Part shown: in pieces, positions 41,952 through 57,548 of the stretch
How positions within the stretch are numbered: the stretch's first letter is position 1
Layout: each line of letters opens with the position of its first letter
NCBI RefSeq assembly: GCF_009914755.1
Contig: NC_060936.1
DNA: 64,000 nucleotides
Direction: 5' to 3' (one strand)
From: the human T2T-CHM13v2.0 reference genome, Homo sapiens
Translations under genes and position numbers: made by a program
Notes under the pieces: model-generated
Told to the model about the DNA's origin: nothing
Seen by the model: only the letters and a program-made list of their open reading frames with translations
The model's database searches: none

Positions 41952-44614
41952 AAGCATCGAGACATGTTATTGTTACAGATCACTCTGCTTCCTACCTGTG
42001 GGCACTGATCTTTTCAGCATGACCATCCATTTTCTGCCTCTCTTAAGTTTCAGTCGCCCAAACTGCATATTGCAGTTCAGGCACGGATATCCCATAAAAG
42101 GAAAGGAAGCTTTTTCTTTGTTCTTCCTTTATAATGCCTGTTTGGTTGAAACAAATCTTCGAACTAATTTCAGTCAAGTATCTTTATTCTCTGAACTCTC
42201 AAACCACTATATTTACCTCTTTTTGTGGTACTCAACACATAATAATTATTTGTGTATATCTTTCTCCCTTACAACATTGTAATGTCCTTCTTGGAAAGAG
42301 CCACATTGTATACACATGTGTGACCCCCCTGCAAATGGCTTGATACTGCATGAATGAATGAATACATGAACACATGAATGAACGAATGAATGAATGAGTG
42401 GTTATCCTAATATCTTCTGAACTAAATATCAAATGATTTCTCCTTCTGAAATCTTTCTGTCCCACTTTTCTACTTTAAAATTGTAACAGATACATTTAAT
42501 CAAAGGTAATGGTATTAAAAAGTGTCAATCATTGTCATTGAAAAAATAGAGTGTGTTTTGTCCTTCTCACTTCACATTGACATTGTTTATCTGACCTCTG
42601 CACACTTCCTTTCATAACCCTCAGCACTCCTGTGGGCTGGCAGCTCCTGTGCCTCTGATGGGAGGGTTGCCAGAGTTAGAATGGGGCTTTGGTGTAATTT
42701 TTCCTCTAGACTTATACAGTGCTAAAACCACTCATCTAAAGCTTGAAAGGAAAGGAAAGTGTAAATGTACGTAAACTTTTTAATCTTTCTTCAGATCACC
42801 ATGTCCAAGAATTCTCTCCATTCCTTTCAGTCATTCTGACATCTAGGACATTTACATCCCTTATATGTGGTATATACATTGTTTCAATCCCATTTTGGTG
42901 TTCTAAACTGAGAGCGATGGTTGACAGAGGTAAATATGATTATCTTTCTATCCCTTCTTTTTGCTTGGGAATGAATATAGTAGGGGAAAGGTAGAAAATT
43001 AAGTTCGTAAGTATGATATTGGTGGAATGAGTAGGTTCAGTAGAACAAAGTCTGGTGGGACTCTGCATACCTGGGCTCTACTACTGTTTTGTCACTAATA
43101 GGCAGTGTGATCCTGGGAAAGTTACTTCCTGCCTCTGGGCCTCAGTTTCCCTTTTATTCCCAGTCCTGATTTCTAGGTATCCCTCCAGCTCTCAAGACAA
43201 AGTAGAACAGGAGAATTCTTGTAGCCATTTGCATTTCTCAGCTCAGTCTTACAATTCCAAATCATGGTTGAATTTGTATTACTTATCATGGTCAATCCAA
43301 TTCTTCACTTTGTGAAGAATTATTCAGACCCCTTGCTTCTCATATTCTGCCATGCTTTTTTATGATTGAGTGAGGGGGAGGAAAGTGGGGAGATTGAATC
43401 AAATGTTACTTCTAGGCACTTCTTGCAATGTTTGAGGGAGGAAGACTGAAATTGGTTTCTTAGCCAAACCTTTTCAATTCTTTGTGAATTTAATTTTAAG
43501 GTTTTACGCTCATTTTTCCATTTGCCTGAAGAAGTCAAAATAGTTTCTTTTGATGATAATGATATGGACATTTCATGTGCTAATAGAATGATTTTTTGCT
43601 GGCACTTACATAGACATAGTGATGATGTAGTGCAAGCTGACTAAGCCAAACCTTCTGAGCCATGTTTATTCATTTATTAATTATTCATTTTTGGACTTCT
43701 TCCAAAAATAAAAGGAGGAATATACAATAAAAGCTACTTTTTCAATAGAACTTTAAAACCAAAGATGAAATGACCATGTAATGATGCAGGCAGAGATCAT
43801 CATACAAGAAAGCCAGAGTTAAAGCTTTTCCTTTCAGTTGAGCACATGCTTTACCTTTGAGATTACTGGCAGCCCAGGAAAGAGAGGAAACATGAGTCAC
43901 ACAGCTCTCATCATCTAGTAAAATAAGCATGCTATGCATTTAGGTGAGACGACATAATATTTTTTCTTATACCAAGCTCTCAGAGCAATTTAATATATGA
44001 TTTTTATGACAATATAATTTATTTTCATATTTTAATAGTGCTTTTACAACAGATGTAGAATCTTTATCTCACAAAACTATATTTTATATTGATGTTCAAA
44101 TAAGGCTGATTGCATATTAAATTGTAATTATGAAAGCATTTCTACTTGGGTAAAATAAAGCAGTTCAGGTACATAGGTGTTTGTTTTTGTTTTGTGATTT
44201 TGATAATTTAAGTGCATACAGTGATGGAGCTTAGAAAATTAGATCAAATTGTTATCATGTTCCCTCTATTGTCTGTCTCAAAGATTAATGGTCACCTGCA
44301 GGTTTTTGACTGCGCTGGGATGGTATACCGAGTGCCAAACCTACAGAAGCCCAGCTGTTGATAGAAAAGGTAGCCATATGCTTAAGCTACAGGGCAGGTT
44401 GGTGGCAAAGTAAACACTTTGCTGTACAATTAAAAAGTTTCTCTTGAATTCTCACCCTATGGAAATCTATTCTGTGTGAGAGGGAAGTGGGCTGCTGAAT
44501 ATTTCAGACAAGCTTAGGTTTCAGTATTTAAAGTAAGGCCAACAATAAAGGTAGAAAACCCCCCACATGGCATAGCTTTCTCATTTGGGGAGACAGCCTT
44601 GAGTAGAAAAGATA

Positions 44615-44916
44615 ATTTTTTTTTTTTGACGGAGTCTCGCTCTGTCCCCCAGGCTGGAGTGCAGTGGCACAATCTCGGCTCACTGCAACCTCCACTTCCT
44701 GAGTTCAAGCAATTCTCTTCCTCAGCCTTCCGAGTAGCTGGGATTACAGGTGCCTGCCACCACACCCGGCTAATTTTTTTTTGTTTTTTTGTATTTTTAG
44801 TAGAGACGGGGTTTCACCATCTTAGCCAGGCTGGTCTTGAACTCCTGACCTTGTGATCCACCTGCCTCGGCCTCCCAAAGTGCTGGGATTACAGGCGTGA
44901 GTCACTGCGCCCAGCC
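44615..44916 (-). mobile_element. AluS (Sg-like)
   Basis: Antisense dimer; TSD AGAAAAGATAATT. Confidence 0.95.
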
Positions 44917-45539
44917 AGAAAAGATAATTCTTAAAGTCCATGGAGATAACTGTGATGAAGCGATGTTGTCATCATAGATAACTATGATGCAGCATTTCCC
45001 AAACCCATTGAACTATGAAACTCTCTTTTACTTACAGTGTATTGATAGACCTTCAATAGAAGCTTCTGAAATATAATTCATGCTGAAAAATGTGATATCA
45101 CAGATGCATAAATCATTGTAAGAAATGATCAAAACTTGATTCATATGTTTAATATATAATAAACATTGACTAATATCATAAAGATATGTTAAAATAAGAC
45201 ATGATACATAACATAGACCAGCAGTCTTCAAAGAGATGATGTACTAGTTGATGCTAGTTTGCAATTGTTAGGGCCAAGGTTTGTGTTTCGTCACCCCTTT
45301 GCTTCTCCAGAGTGCTTGTGGCAGGTAAGGCATAAACAAAGAGCACTGGGCCAAATACGGGTGACAATATCAGCTTATTACCCAAGGCCTTGCCGAATGT
45401 TATTATAGAGCATGACTTAGACTCCAAACCCAAGTGGACCATCCTCTTCCTCCTCATCTCTGCGAGAACCTGCCCACTCAGGTATGAGTTGAGGAGCAGA
45501 ATTTAGAGCAATGTCTCATCTTCACCACACAAACCCCAC

Positions 45540-45924
45540 CCAGTACTGTGCTGGAGCCTAATATTGTCAACTTGAGAGTTTCAATTGTTAAATTTTCAGG
45601 AATTTTGCAAGCCTGTTGTAAAACATAGCCATTATAAAAAAAATTTAATAAACTTCAAATAAAAGAAATCATATGAAAAATAAGGCAATATTTATAGCTC
45701 CTCAGCTCCCAATTATTTATTCAATTTTATCATTATCTATAGTCTTGAGATTCTTTACATCTATTTTATCCATATGGTAGAAAAACTCCATGATCAGTGA
45801 TGTCAAGCTTGTAGCTTAAAATTGACTATGGTGGGAGTGTTTACACCATGGGAAATTGGCTACCACTCCAGACCCTTTTTTATTTCTTCAAGAGTTAGTT
45901 GTTAAACACTTAGCAGCACTACTA
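45540..45924 (+). mobile_element. MER63 (hAT-Blackjack)
   Basis: CCAGTACTGTGCTGGAGCC...TTGTTAAATTTTCAGGAATTTTGCAAGCC...GTTGTTAAACACTTAGCAGCACTACT termini. Confidence 0.75.
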
Positions 45925-46846
45925 GCCCATTCCTTACAGTGACACTATAGTCATCCCCATTTTGTTAAGAGGAAATGCAGACAAACAAAACTTAAATAAC
46001 ACACATAGCTAGTTAGCCAGGTGGACTGGCCTAGATCTTCCACTCAGGTACTTTCCCCTATTATCTTTTTACGTGTTGAGCTCAAGGTTTCTACAGGTGG
46101 GACCCCTGCTTCATGTACAAACAGGATATTAGGCAGTGGTAGACTATGGTGATTGGCTAATGGGAGGCATGAAAATAATTAACTAATTTATTCAGAAACA
46201 CTGAGATCTCTACTGTGCTAGACCTTTACCTTGGAGCTCCTTGCGCCTAAGGAGATCATAGACTATAACAAGACCCAGAGAAGTCATCCTGGATTTCAGT
46301 ATTGTAGGGTAAATGCCATGGTAGGACAAATACAAGGTCTCCTGACAGTACATAATGGGGGAACCTAGACAGGACTCAAGATCCAGGAAGTCTTCTAAAC
46401 TGCAAGAAGTGACTTCTAAACTGAGATCTGAAGGATAAATGAGCCTTAGCCAGGCAAAGATCAGGAAGGACATTGCAAGCAGTGGGAACAGCATGTGGTG
46501 GGGTCCTGCACAGAGACAGAGTGCTGGGGAGTTCCAGTGCCACAGGAGGCCTGTGAGCATGGAGCACAGAGACCAGCAAAGGGGGCAGGAAGCAGACTGT
46601 GGCCAACTGTGTGGAGCTTTGCCAGGCACACTTCAGACGTTAGACTTGACTCCACAGAAATGGGGGAGGGAAGATTTTAAACAGGGGAGTGATAGCTTCA
46701 GCTTCACATTTTACAATTCCTCTGATTGCTATTTGGAAAACAGACTGCAGAGGGCCAAGACTAAAGGTAAAAATACTATCCAGGGTACTGAAATATGGAA
46801 ATACAGCAGGCAAGGGGGCAGCTTGCAAGATTAAGACTCCATTCCT

Positions 46847-47264
<418 letters not shown>

Positions 47265-48859
47265 TTAAGGATTGAATAGGACATGAGTAGGTGTTGACAG
47301 TGTTTAGAAGAATCTTTGTAGAGAGGGAGGGATAGAGAGAGAGTGAAGGTCACATGAGGTTGGAGGAAGGCGTCTGCCCTCGCCACCCCCTCGAAAGTGC
47401 CTTTGTTCTTTTCCTTCTGGCTTAAGATGTTCTTCCTGTCCTCCTGCGGACTACTTGATGTCCTAGTCCCAGGCTGCGACATTTAAATTACTTGTAGCAG
47501 CCACCCATAGTGTTCCCCCCACACACCAGACCTGGGCTTCAGAGCATTCTCTCCTTCCTCAGGCCTCCTTTGACAAAGTGTTAATTTCCTCCACTCTCAA
47601 TTTTATTCAGAGTAGATATTTACCAGTCTTCGTGGAGTGATTGATCAAGTCACAATTAGATGAGAATGACTTTTAGTACTTTCACATTAAAGAGGCATTT
47701 GTTAACTCAAATGAATCTAATTTGAGAATGTGAGGAGAAAAGCTATTTGGAGAGTGGAAGCATTTATGATTTCTTTTTAGTCACTCTTGCCCACTCAGCC
47801 CAGTCTCTTCAGTTTTCCCAGAACTGGATGTGGAGGTGGGAAGGGGACGTTTCTATCCACCCCTCTCCTCAGGCCCCTGTTTCCACGGGGAGGAATGCAT
47901 AGTGCCACTCACCACATTGCCCTCAAACCGGCTCCTCTTCCATTTCTGAAGTGGTGGACAGTTAATCGAACTCCTCAACTAAAACTTCCTTGTGGTCCTC
48001 AGCAGCTCTCAATTGCTGCATCTTTGCAGCTCTGAGCTCTTGCCACACCGAGTTTCTCACACTTGCCGAGACACCGCCTCTGGCATCACGCAGGCCCTCT
48101 CATGCCACATGCCTTTGCCTCCACGCCCATCTCTTCCTAGACAATTCTTAGCTCTCCTTGAAGACACTGCTCACATGTCACTTCCTTGATGGAAGCTTTT
48201 TGACTCACACAGGCAGACTGAGTTGCTTCACATATTTGTCCAGTAACACTTTCATGTTGTCAGGTAATTTGTCTGTTTACAAGCCTGTCTCTTCTAAATC
48301 ATGAGCTATTTTTATATAGATTCACATCTATAGGATGAAGACATGACTACATGACTAAGGAGGGCCAGGTTCCTGGCGGATCCCTGGAAAATGTCTCTGT
48401 ATTTTAGGAAGACATTCTCCATGCCCTTCTCTAGACTGACGCGGTTTGATTGACTCCTCAGTTCCATTTAGTGATGCTCAGTTGAAACCCAGCTGTCTCG
48501 TGCATATCCTGTGACATCCCCAGTCTGCCATATACGTTTGACTGCCTCTCAGGAGGGCGCACGTGAATGCTATTTCAACATGAAGCTGCTTTTGTTACAC
48601 TCCCCTATAATTAGCCTCTCTATATAATAGCACTTGCTAAATCGGGAGCAGTTAGAGCAGGTGTGGGGGTGGGAAATAAGACTGATAGATTATATTCAGC
48701 TCAAACTCTCAATCACTCGCGTAATCTGTTGCAGACACCGCAGATGGTGGAATGTTCGAAAGGGACTCCTAGGAAGGATGCACAGGAGGCTGTGGAAGCA
48801 AAAGGCAAAACAGTCAAACGTGACGTGCAGTGGTCAGGCATGGACACGAGAGGGCATTC

Positions 48860-50560
48860 GTTCATTCACTCCCCCAATATTTTCTCACTCTGGCTGTTCT
48901 AAATGTCGGGGATACTGCAGCGAATGACACAGGCAAGCAGTCTCTGCTGTTAGGGAGCTTATATTCTTGTGGGAGGAGGCAGACAATGAACAGTAAATAA
49001 GTAAAACATCTAGGGTTTTAGTCAGTGCTAAGTGCTGTGAAGCACAATAAGGCAGAGAAGGACAAAAAGGAATATCAGGGGATTCTAATTTTAAATAGAC
49101 TCCAGGAAAAGCAACACTAAGATGGTGATATTTAGATGAAGGCCAACAATAGTAAGGCAGCAAGCCCTACAGATATATGGAGGTGCACATTCCAGGCAGA
49201 GGGCACAGCAAGTGCAAGGGACCTGAGATGGCCATGGGCCTCGCTTGTTCCAACAACAGTCTAATAGGAGGGGGATACATTATGTTGGATCTGAAGGTCA
49301 TTTTAAGGACTTTGGCTTTTACTTTAAGACAGGAAACCAATGGAAAACTATGAGTCAAGGAGTAGCATTTGACTTTATTTTGCAAAGTTAGGATGGACCT
49401 ACTCTATTTGGTAACACTGAAGTAACTAGATTTCCTAGATGAGGATAAGACTGAGCAAGACATTGTAGGTAGCTCAGATTCTATGTTACTTCTCTTGCTA
49501 GTCTACTGGGGTACTACCTTCCCCTTTTCATTCATTCAGCAGACCTTTACTAAGAGCCTTTTTTTGTGCCAGTCACTGAGATACAGTGATGAGCAAGAGG
49601 GATGGAGTTCTTGGTTTTTCTGAACTTGCAGTATAATGGGAAAAACCGACATGAAACAAATATAGATAAGGACATCGTGTGGTATATAGGAGAATACAGT
49701 AGGAGCACACAATAGGTGTACCTAACTTCTTCTAGGAGCACAAAGGCATCTCTCCAGGGGAAAGGGCATCTAAGCTGGAATCTGATGGCCTACTAGAGAC
49801 AGCCAGGCGAGGCAATGTGGGAGAGCATTTCAGGCTGAAGCAGCTGCAAGTGTGGAGGTTCTGGGGCCAAGGCAAGCACTACACCTTCTCCACCCTAACA
49901 TATGCTGAGCAGCTGGTATGGCCTGGGTAAAAAGAGCAAGGGGCTTGAGGGGTGGGCATGTGGCGTGCATGGAAGCTGGAGAGGAAGGTGGGAACCACAT
50001 CATGAAGAGCTCTAGAGGGGTTTATTCTAAGGGCAACAAGAGGCTACCAGATAATACCATGATAAAGTTTATATTTTGGAAAGATCCTTCATTCTGCTGC
50101 AGTGTGGTGGATGGATTGTCAGGTGGAGACCGGAAGGACATTGTTGTGTAGTCAGGTAAGAGTGACGGAGGTTTTGGCTAGCCTTGTGGCAGGGGCATGA
50201 AGAGAAGTGGATGGATCTGGAGTCTATTAGGAGGTGAAATGAACAGGAGTTGGTGATGGATTGAATAAGGTCGGGGGCAGGGGAGTGGGAAATATCACGG
50301 ATAGCTCCCAGGCTCCTGGCTTGGGTGGCTGCAAGGAAATAGTGCTGAATTCTGACAGGTAGCACACAAGAGAATGAACACATCTGATGAGAAGTAAGGC
50401 TGGCTTTTGGAAGTTGTGGTGTACCCATGAGAGATGGGTGACTAGCAGTTACAAAAGTGGATAGAAAGTGAGAATGGTGCACACTGGACATACAGATTTG
50501 GAAATCCTCAGCAAGTAGGTGACACGCAAAGCCTTAGGGGTGGATGTGATCACGGAGGAG
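48860..50560 (+). mobile_element. L2 LINE fragments (purine-rich orientation; biological strand not established)
   Basis: CATTCATTC ends, ATTCCAGGCAGAGGGCACAGCAAGTGCAAG, TAAGGACTTTGGCTTTTACT, GAGAAGTGGATGGATCTGGAG motifs typical of L2. Confidence 0.6.
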
Positions 50561-51789
50561 AGAGGCAAGTGATAAGGGCCCTGGCAGGGATCCAAGGGAT
50601 GCTGCAGGTAATGGCCAAACTGAGCTGGAGCTCAGAGCTGCCCATCGAAGGCCAGGAGAATGTAGTGTCTTTGGAACCTAGGGTAGAAGAGGCCGGCTCT
50701 GATTTGTTGCTGTTGCTCCCGGTTCTGGGTCTTGTCTTTGTGAGGTTGTTGTGGTTGCTGCATCAGCCAGATGTGACCCTGCAGGCCTCCCCTTCAGGTC
50801 CAGAAAAGACATATTTGCTGCTTCATTACTGAGGCAGTAAGAAGACAAGCTTCCTTGTGTGCTTCCTCCCCTCTTGACTCACTAAAATCAGGCTGACTTT
50901 AGTCCTGTCTTTCCAGATGAATGCAGCCTAGGGAAGGTTTCTGACCCACTTCGGACACTATATACAGTGGATAATTAATACTTTTCCTTGAAAAGGATTA
51001 AATAACACGTTCAGATTTGGCAAATATTTTTTTAATCCGATGTTCTTATCTGGCCATCTACATTGGATCATGATTTTGCAGATGTGAAAACTGAAGCTCA
51101 GAGATGGCTTTCTCAAGGACACACAGTGAGCAGGTGTCAGCCAGGACTAGATCTTGAACTCCTAGTCTAGTGCTTTCCTAGTTCTTCCTTGCCCACACAC
51201 ATGCAAACAAAGCATCCCCACAGACACACCTACCTGTTCAGTGCAGGCACCTATCTATGGAGCAACCACAGGTGTATTTCCCCCAAATAATATTAACAGA
51301 TGATATTGGAGGAACTTAAAACTTTTCTAACAATCAAGGCACTTAAAAACTTTTCTAAAGATAGGTAGTTTTGGGGAGAATGTTAGATGCTGTTTGTCTA
51401 CACTTGCCTCTCATGTCCTGGTTCTCTACTGATAGGCTGAGTAGAAACATAAAGGCAGACAGGATATCAACATGGACTTGGAAAAGTCATCTGAAGGACC
51501 TCAGCAGAGTCAGTAAGTCACACTTGGCAAATATTACACTTTATTCTCAAAATCCAAAGGATCAAAACCTATGGCACCTGGCTTCTGAACCTGTATTGCT
51601 TTCATTACTGTATAAGTAACAATAGGCAGGCTTGGTTATGGGGAAAGTGTAAGATGAAAATGATCTTATGCTGAGTTAAAAGACTAACAGACCACTGACG
51701 AGACATAGGAATGCTATCTTCAGCATCTAAAATCATCAAGGGATTTCTTCCACAGAACATTAAGAAGTCAGTAGAAAGAAGAGGAATGA

Positions 51790-52088
<299 letters not shown>

Positions 52089-54104
52089 TCATTATTAGAA
52101 AACATTTTAAAATGGGACAATATTTTTTATTTATGAGGATGTAGAAAAACAGAAGCTCACTTGGTGGAACTGAAGATCAGTGTAGGCCATTTGAGCAGTA
52201 ATTGGCTTAAGCATACACTCATGACCTCACAGCCCCACTCATATGGGCTGACCTCAGAACAGCTCTTGCACAGGTCTGTCTGGAGACAGGATGAGGACGC
52301 CCACCACAGCATTGTTTGTGGAAGTTGGCAGCTGGACGCAGCTTAGGTGTCATTACTGTGGGAATGGACAAGCCACCTGTGGTGCATGAGCATTGTAGAA
52401 TACTGTACATGAAGCCATGGATGGATCTGTAAAGGCATTGGCCTGAGTTAAGCGTGAGCTCTATAATACACATTTACTAGTGGAAAGTGAAAATGCACAG
52501 ACCGCCATTAGAACACTGTCTCTTCTTCGAGAATTCCTATTTATCCAAGAACACATGCCTATCACATTAGAATGGGTTCTATCAGGAGGCTAAGGAGAGG
52601 GAAATAAGGCTCAGGATCAGCGATGAAGGGGGAAAAGAAAATAACAGCACAAAAGAAGTGCCTTGCAATGCTTCTTAACTGAAGCGTACCGTGAACTGAG
52701 GGGTGTGTTGTACTCTACTCTCAGGCCCTGAGATCTGAAAATGAAACGACAAAAAAAGTGAAGGCATGGGAACTGAAGTCAGAGGTTTCCAGTTTCCATG
52801 TGAGCCTGGTTCCTCACCCCAGAATTAGCTGTTCGTTCTCAGCTTTCTCATCTGTGAAATGAAAATAATAAATAACTTCCTGGAGAGAATGTGGTTAGTA
52901 CTGACTGAGAAAAGGGAAGCATCTTGCTTGGCACTTAGTAGTTGAGTAGTAAATGTTAGGTTCCTTTCTCCTGTCCTGGGGTTTTGCCCCCCAAACCTCT
53001 CCCCTTGACTGGGCATTAAGACTTTACCAGTTGCTACTCTGTGACCATTCCCCTCAGTGGGCACTGCTGCTCACCATGCAGTATAAGACTGTTGAGAGGA
53101 CACAGGGTGTCCCAGAAGAGCCACCTTGCAAGGTCAGTCTTCTGCAGCCTGTCAGCTCAGAGTGGGTAAAGCAGTGCGGGTGTTCCCAGGTTCACGGGAA
53201 ATGACCTGGCTTTTCTGCAGCCTGATGTTCTGGGCTTCCGTGCCCTTCTTCCTGCTCTAGTGAAGGGCTGGCCTGCTCCTCTTGGAGGCCTTAATTTTGT
53301 CTGCCTCACTTTATCCAGCCGGTCTGGGATTACTTCCGAGCTCACATAGACTTGCCAAAGGGGTTTTGCTTTCTCTTCTTTGATTACATCTAGTCCTACA
53401 GAAAGCCCTTACCAGAGTTAGCAACTGAAACTCTTCCATGGCTGCCCATAGTCCTTGGGATGAAGCCCACACTCCTCCCAACACAGTTACGTCCTCATTT
53501 CACCTGAATAGTCTCCTCTGTCTCCACTCACCTAAGGCTTTAACATTTTAGGATTCAGCCACTGAGAGTTTATTTTGGCTCCTCTCATGTGTTCTGCTCT
53601 TCCTTTAGGGTGTTTGCCCAAGCTGTGCATTCATTCCCTCAATACATAATGTTAAGCACCCACTTGGGGCTAGGTACATGACAGACTACTCCTTCTGCAA
53701 GGAATGCTCAGCTAGCTCCTATTCACCCTTCAAGACTCAGGTAAAACATCACTTCCTCTTGAGACCTTTCTTGATTTTCTTCCCTATGGGGATTAGATGC
53801 CTGTGTTTGCATGTTTATGGCACCCCATGCATCTCTTATTATTGCATTTTTGTATAGTTTCTTTTGCCTTTATTCCTGGACTACGAGTGCTGAAAGTTTT
53901 GGGATCACATCTGCCTTGATTGCTTAGTATTTCCAGCTGTTAGCTGAATACATAGTGGCACTCACTGAAATGAATAAAAGAATGAGCTCATAGCATCTTC
54001 CAGTGCTGTGTGACGTTGTGTTTTTAGATTAGAAGGTACCTTAGAGATAACTCAAGTCTGAGCACTTTTTTTCTCACTCTTCTATTAAAATGTTTATATA
54101 TATA

Positions 54105-54725
54105 TATATATTTCATTACCATAAAATTCACCTTTTAAAGTGTGCAATCTGTGGTTGTTAGTAACAAGGTTGTGCAACCATCACCACTACCTAATTCTGC
54201 ATTTTCTTCACCTTCTGTGAAAACCCTGTACCCACTAGCAGTCACCAGTCTACCCCTGTCCTCAGACCTAAGCAACCACTAATCTACTGTCTGTCTTTGT
54301 GGATTTGCCTATTCTGGACATTTCATGTAAATAGAATTGTATCACATGTGGCCCTTTGTCTCAAGGTTCATCCTTGTAGCACGTATCTCAGGATTTCATT
54401 CCTTTTTACTTCATTTCGTTTACCCATTCATCAGCTGATGACTGCACATTTGGGTTGTTTCTACCTTTTGGTTACATGAAGAATAATGCTGTGAGTGTGT
54501 GCATAAATTTCCATGTGACTGTATGTTTTTAGTTGTAATGTTCTTAGGAGTGGAATTGCTGGGTCATATGACAACTCTCTATGCCTAATTTGTTGGGGAA
54601 CTGCCAAACTGACTCCAAAGTGGCTGCCTCATTGGTGATATACAACAGTTCAAATTTCTGCCCACCTTCACCAATGCTTATTTGCATTTCTTTAATTAAA
54701 AAAAATTAAGCTATCCTAGTGGGTC
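54105..54725 (-). mobile_element. L1MB-like 3' end
   Basis: CATAAAATTCACCTTTTAAAGTGT...GTTGTGCAACCATCACCACT...GATTTGCCTATTCTGGACATTTCAT...GGAATTGCTGGGTCATATG. Confidence 0.85.
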
Positions 54726-54844
54726 ATGCCTTTATTTCTTATAGTGCTCCTCTATGGAAAAGGAATTTGGTGTTTTTTTGTTTGTTTGTTTGTTTTTGCA
54801 TTTGACCATGAGCACATTACTTAATTTTTGTTACCTTTTTAAAA

Positions 54845-55140
54845 TTTATTTATTTAATTTTGTGAGATGGAGTCTCGCTCTGTCACCCAGGCTGGAGTGC
54901 AGTGGTGCAATCTTGGCTCACTGAAACCTCCGCCTCCCAGTTCAAGCAATTATCCTTCCTCAGCCTCCCGAGTAGCTGAGATTACAGGCATGCGCCACCA
55001 TCCCTGGCTAAGTTTTGTATTTTTAGTAGAGAGGGGTTTCACCATGTTGGTCAGGCTGGTCTCAAACTCCTGACCTCGTGATCTGCCCACCTTGGCCTCC
55101 CAAAGTGCTGGGATTACAGGCATGAGCCACCACACCCAGC
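54845..55140 (-). mobile_element. AluS (Sg-like)
   Basis: Antisense dimer with (TTTA)n tail. Confidence 0.95.
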
Positions 55141-55217
55141 AGTACCTTTTTTTATTCACTAGGGCTATTAACTTCTACCTCACAGGTCACTGTGAGATAG
55201 AATGATGTGAAGGATAT

Positions 55218-55630
55218 TGTGTTAGTCCATTTTGTGTGGGTGTAAAGAAATACCTGAGACTCGGTAATTTATAAAGAAAAGAGATTTATTTGGCTCACAG
55301 TTCTGCAGGCTATACAAGCATGGCACTTGGATCTGCTTGGCTTCTGGGGAGACCTCAGGAAGCTTTTAGTCATGGCAGAAGGTGAAGGGGGAGAAGATGT
55401 GTCACATGGTGAGAAAGGGAGTGAGAGAGAGGAAGAGGTGCTAGGCTCCTTTAAACAACCAACTCTTGCATAAGCTAACACCGAGAAGTCACTCATGACC
55501 ATAGGGAGGGCACCAAGCTAATGAGGGATCCACCCCATGACCCAAACACCTCCCACTAGGCCCCATTTTCAACACTGGAGATCACATTTCAACATGAGAT
55601 TTGGAGGGGACACACCTCCAAGCCGTATCA
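55218..55630 (-). mobile_element. MSTB-like MaLR solo LTR
   Basis: TG...CA termini, perfect 5-bp TSD GATAT (55213-55217 / 55631-55635), 413 bp, GGTAATTTATAAAGAAAAGAG...GGCTCACAGTTCTGCAGGCT. Confidence 0.92.
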
Positions 55631-56902
55631 GATATGAAGCACCTAGCATGTTGCAGGCCCATGGCCAGTATTCAGAGGATGGGAGTCACAATTCCATGGC
55701 TTCTGATAAACTTTCCCTATGCATCCTGGGATTCCCACAGAGAGCGAAGATGAGGATTGTTTGGCTCAGGACTTGGTTTGGTGGTGGCTTCTTCAGAGGG
55801 AGCAGTTGCCCATGGCAGTGACCTGAGGGGGCTGGGGAACACAGCAGTTGGAAAAGGCCAAGAAGGCCTGGAAATTGAGGTCTCTCCAGCACCCTTCTTC
55901 CCATCACTAGTGCAGGGTTAAATGTGCTCTGCCCTTGCCTGGGGAATGCTTCGTGTCATATCACAGACTGGCTGCCACACAGACCTTCCGTGTAGGTGTG
56001 AAACCTCAGTAAAAGCAGGCCTGGCCTGAAAGTGGGAATTCCAGCAGAGCTGCAAAACAGAGAGCCAGGGCTTTGGCTGTCCCCGTCTCAGGGGCTTCAT
56101 TGGTGTGGGAACACTTAGCAAGCTGAGAGGAGGTTTTGTCATCAACTGATTCTTTTCAGTATCTCTCTGCCAGGCCGAGTTACTCCGCTCCTAGTTTTTC
56201 CTCCTCATTTTATAATCGGAGCTTCTTCTCCCCTTTATTCCTTCCAATCGGGCCTTTGGGAAAAGCACCTGGCCGTGCTTAACGCAAAGGCAGCAGGAAG
56301 GAAGGTGGTGATGCGATCCTCTGCAGCTCCACTGTCATTCCTTTGGACTGCAGAGTCGTCTTTTTTATTAGAGATCAATAACACTGAAGACCGGCCTGAG
56401 AAATGATGCTCCCTTCCCACAGGACCCTGGGCTTCCCGGGGCTCTGAGCAGGCAGAGTGATGGGGCACATTACTTCCATTTGACCTACGCTCCCCGGCAG
56501 CCTGCTGATTCCGACTGCAGATTAAAAAAACACCAAATGTGCCTGCTACGAGACTTTTAAAGTAGATTAACGCAGGCTTCCTATTTATTGTGAGCCCTGG
56601 GCTCAAGTGACAGGCTTTGCGAATCTGCCCCAGTTGTCACCCACTGGACACCTTCCGGCTGGGGCCCTGGGATAAACAGGCTTGTTTGAGTGTGCCAGGC
56701 CAGAGAAGCCTCCTTGCTAGTACCTCTGGGGACCTGATACAAGTACAGTCTAGCAATTTCAGCATTCCGTCTTTTGAGTTTAGATTAATTAAACCAAGTG
56801 AGTGTACATTAAGACTGTGGGGAGATGCCAGTTACAAGGGTGAAACAGCAAGAATAGCGGAGTCCAGAAATGGGAGGTGTTGACGGAGACCATGGGTGGT
56901 TA

Positions 56903-57350
<448 letters not shown>

Positions 57351-57451
57351 ATAAAAAGGTAGTATAAAAGTCTAGAAGGTTTATTTCTAGAAATAAGGTA
57401 GTATAAAATTCTAGAAGGGGGAGAGGAGAAGAAGAGGGGGTTCTTATCATT

Positions 57452-57548
57452 CCCTCTCTCTCTCCCTTTTCCCTCCCGTCCCCTCCCCTCCCCTCCCCTC
57501 CCCCCTCTTCCCTTCCCTTCCCTTCCCTTCCCTCCTTCCGTTTTTTCC
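57452..57548. repeat. Polypyrimidine (CCCCT)n/(CCCTT)n tract
   Basis: Seen directly in the sequence. Confidence 0.95.
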
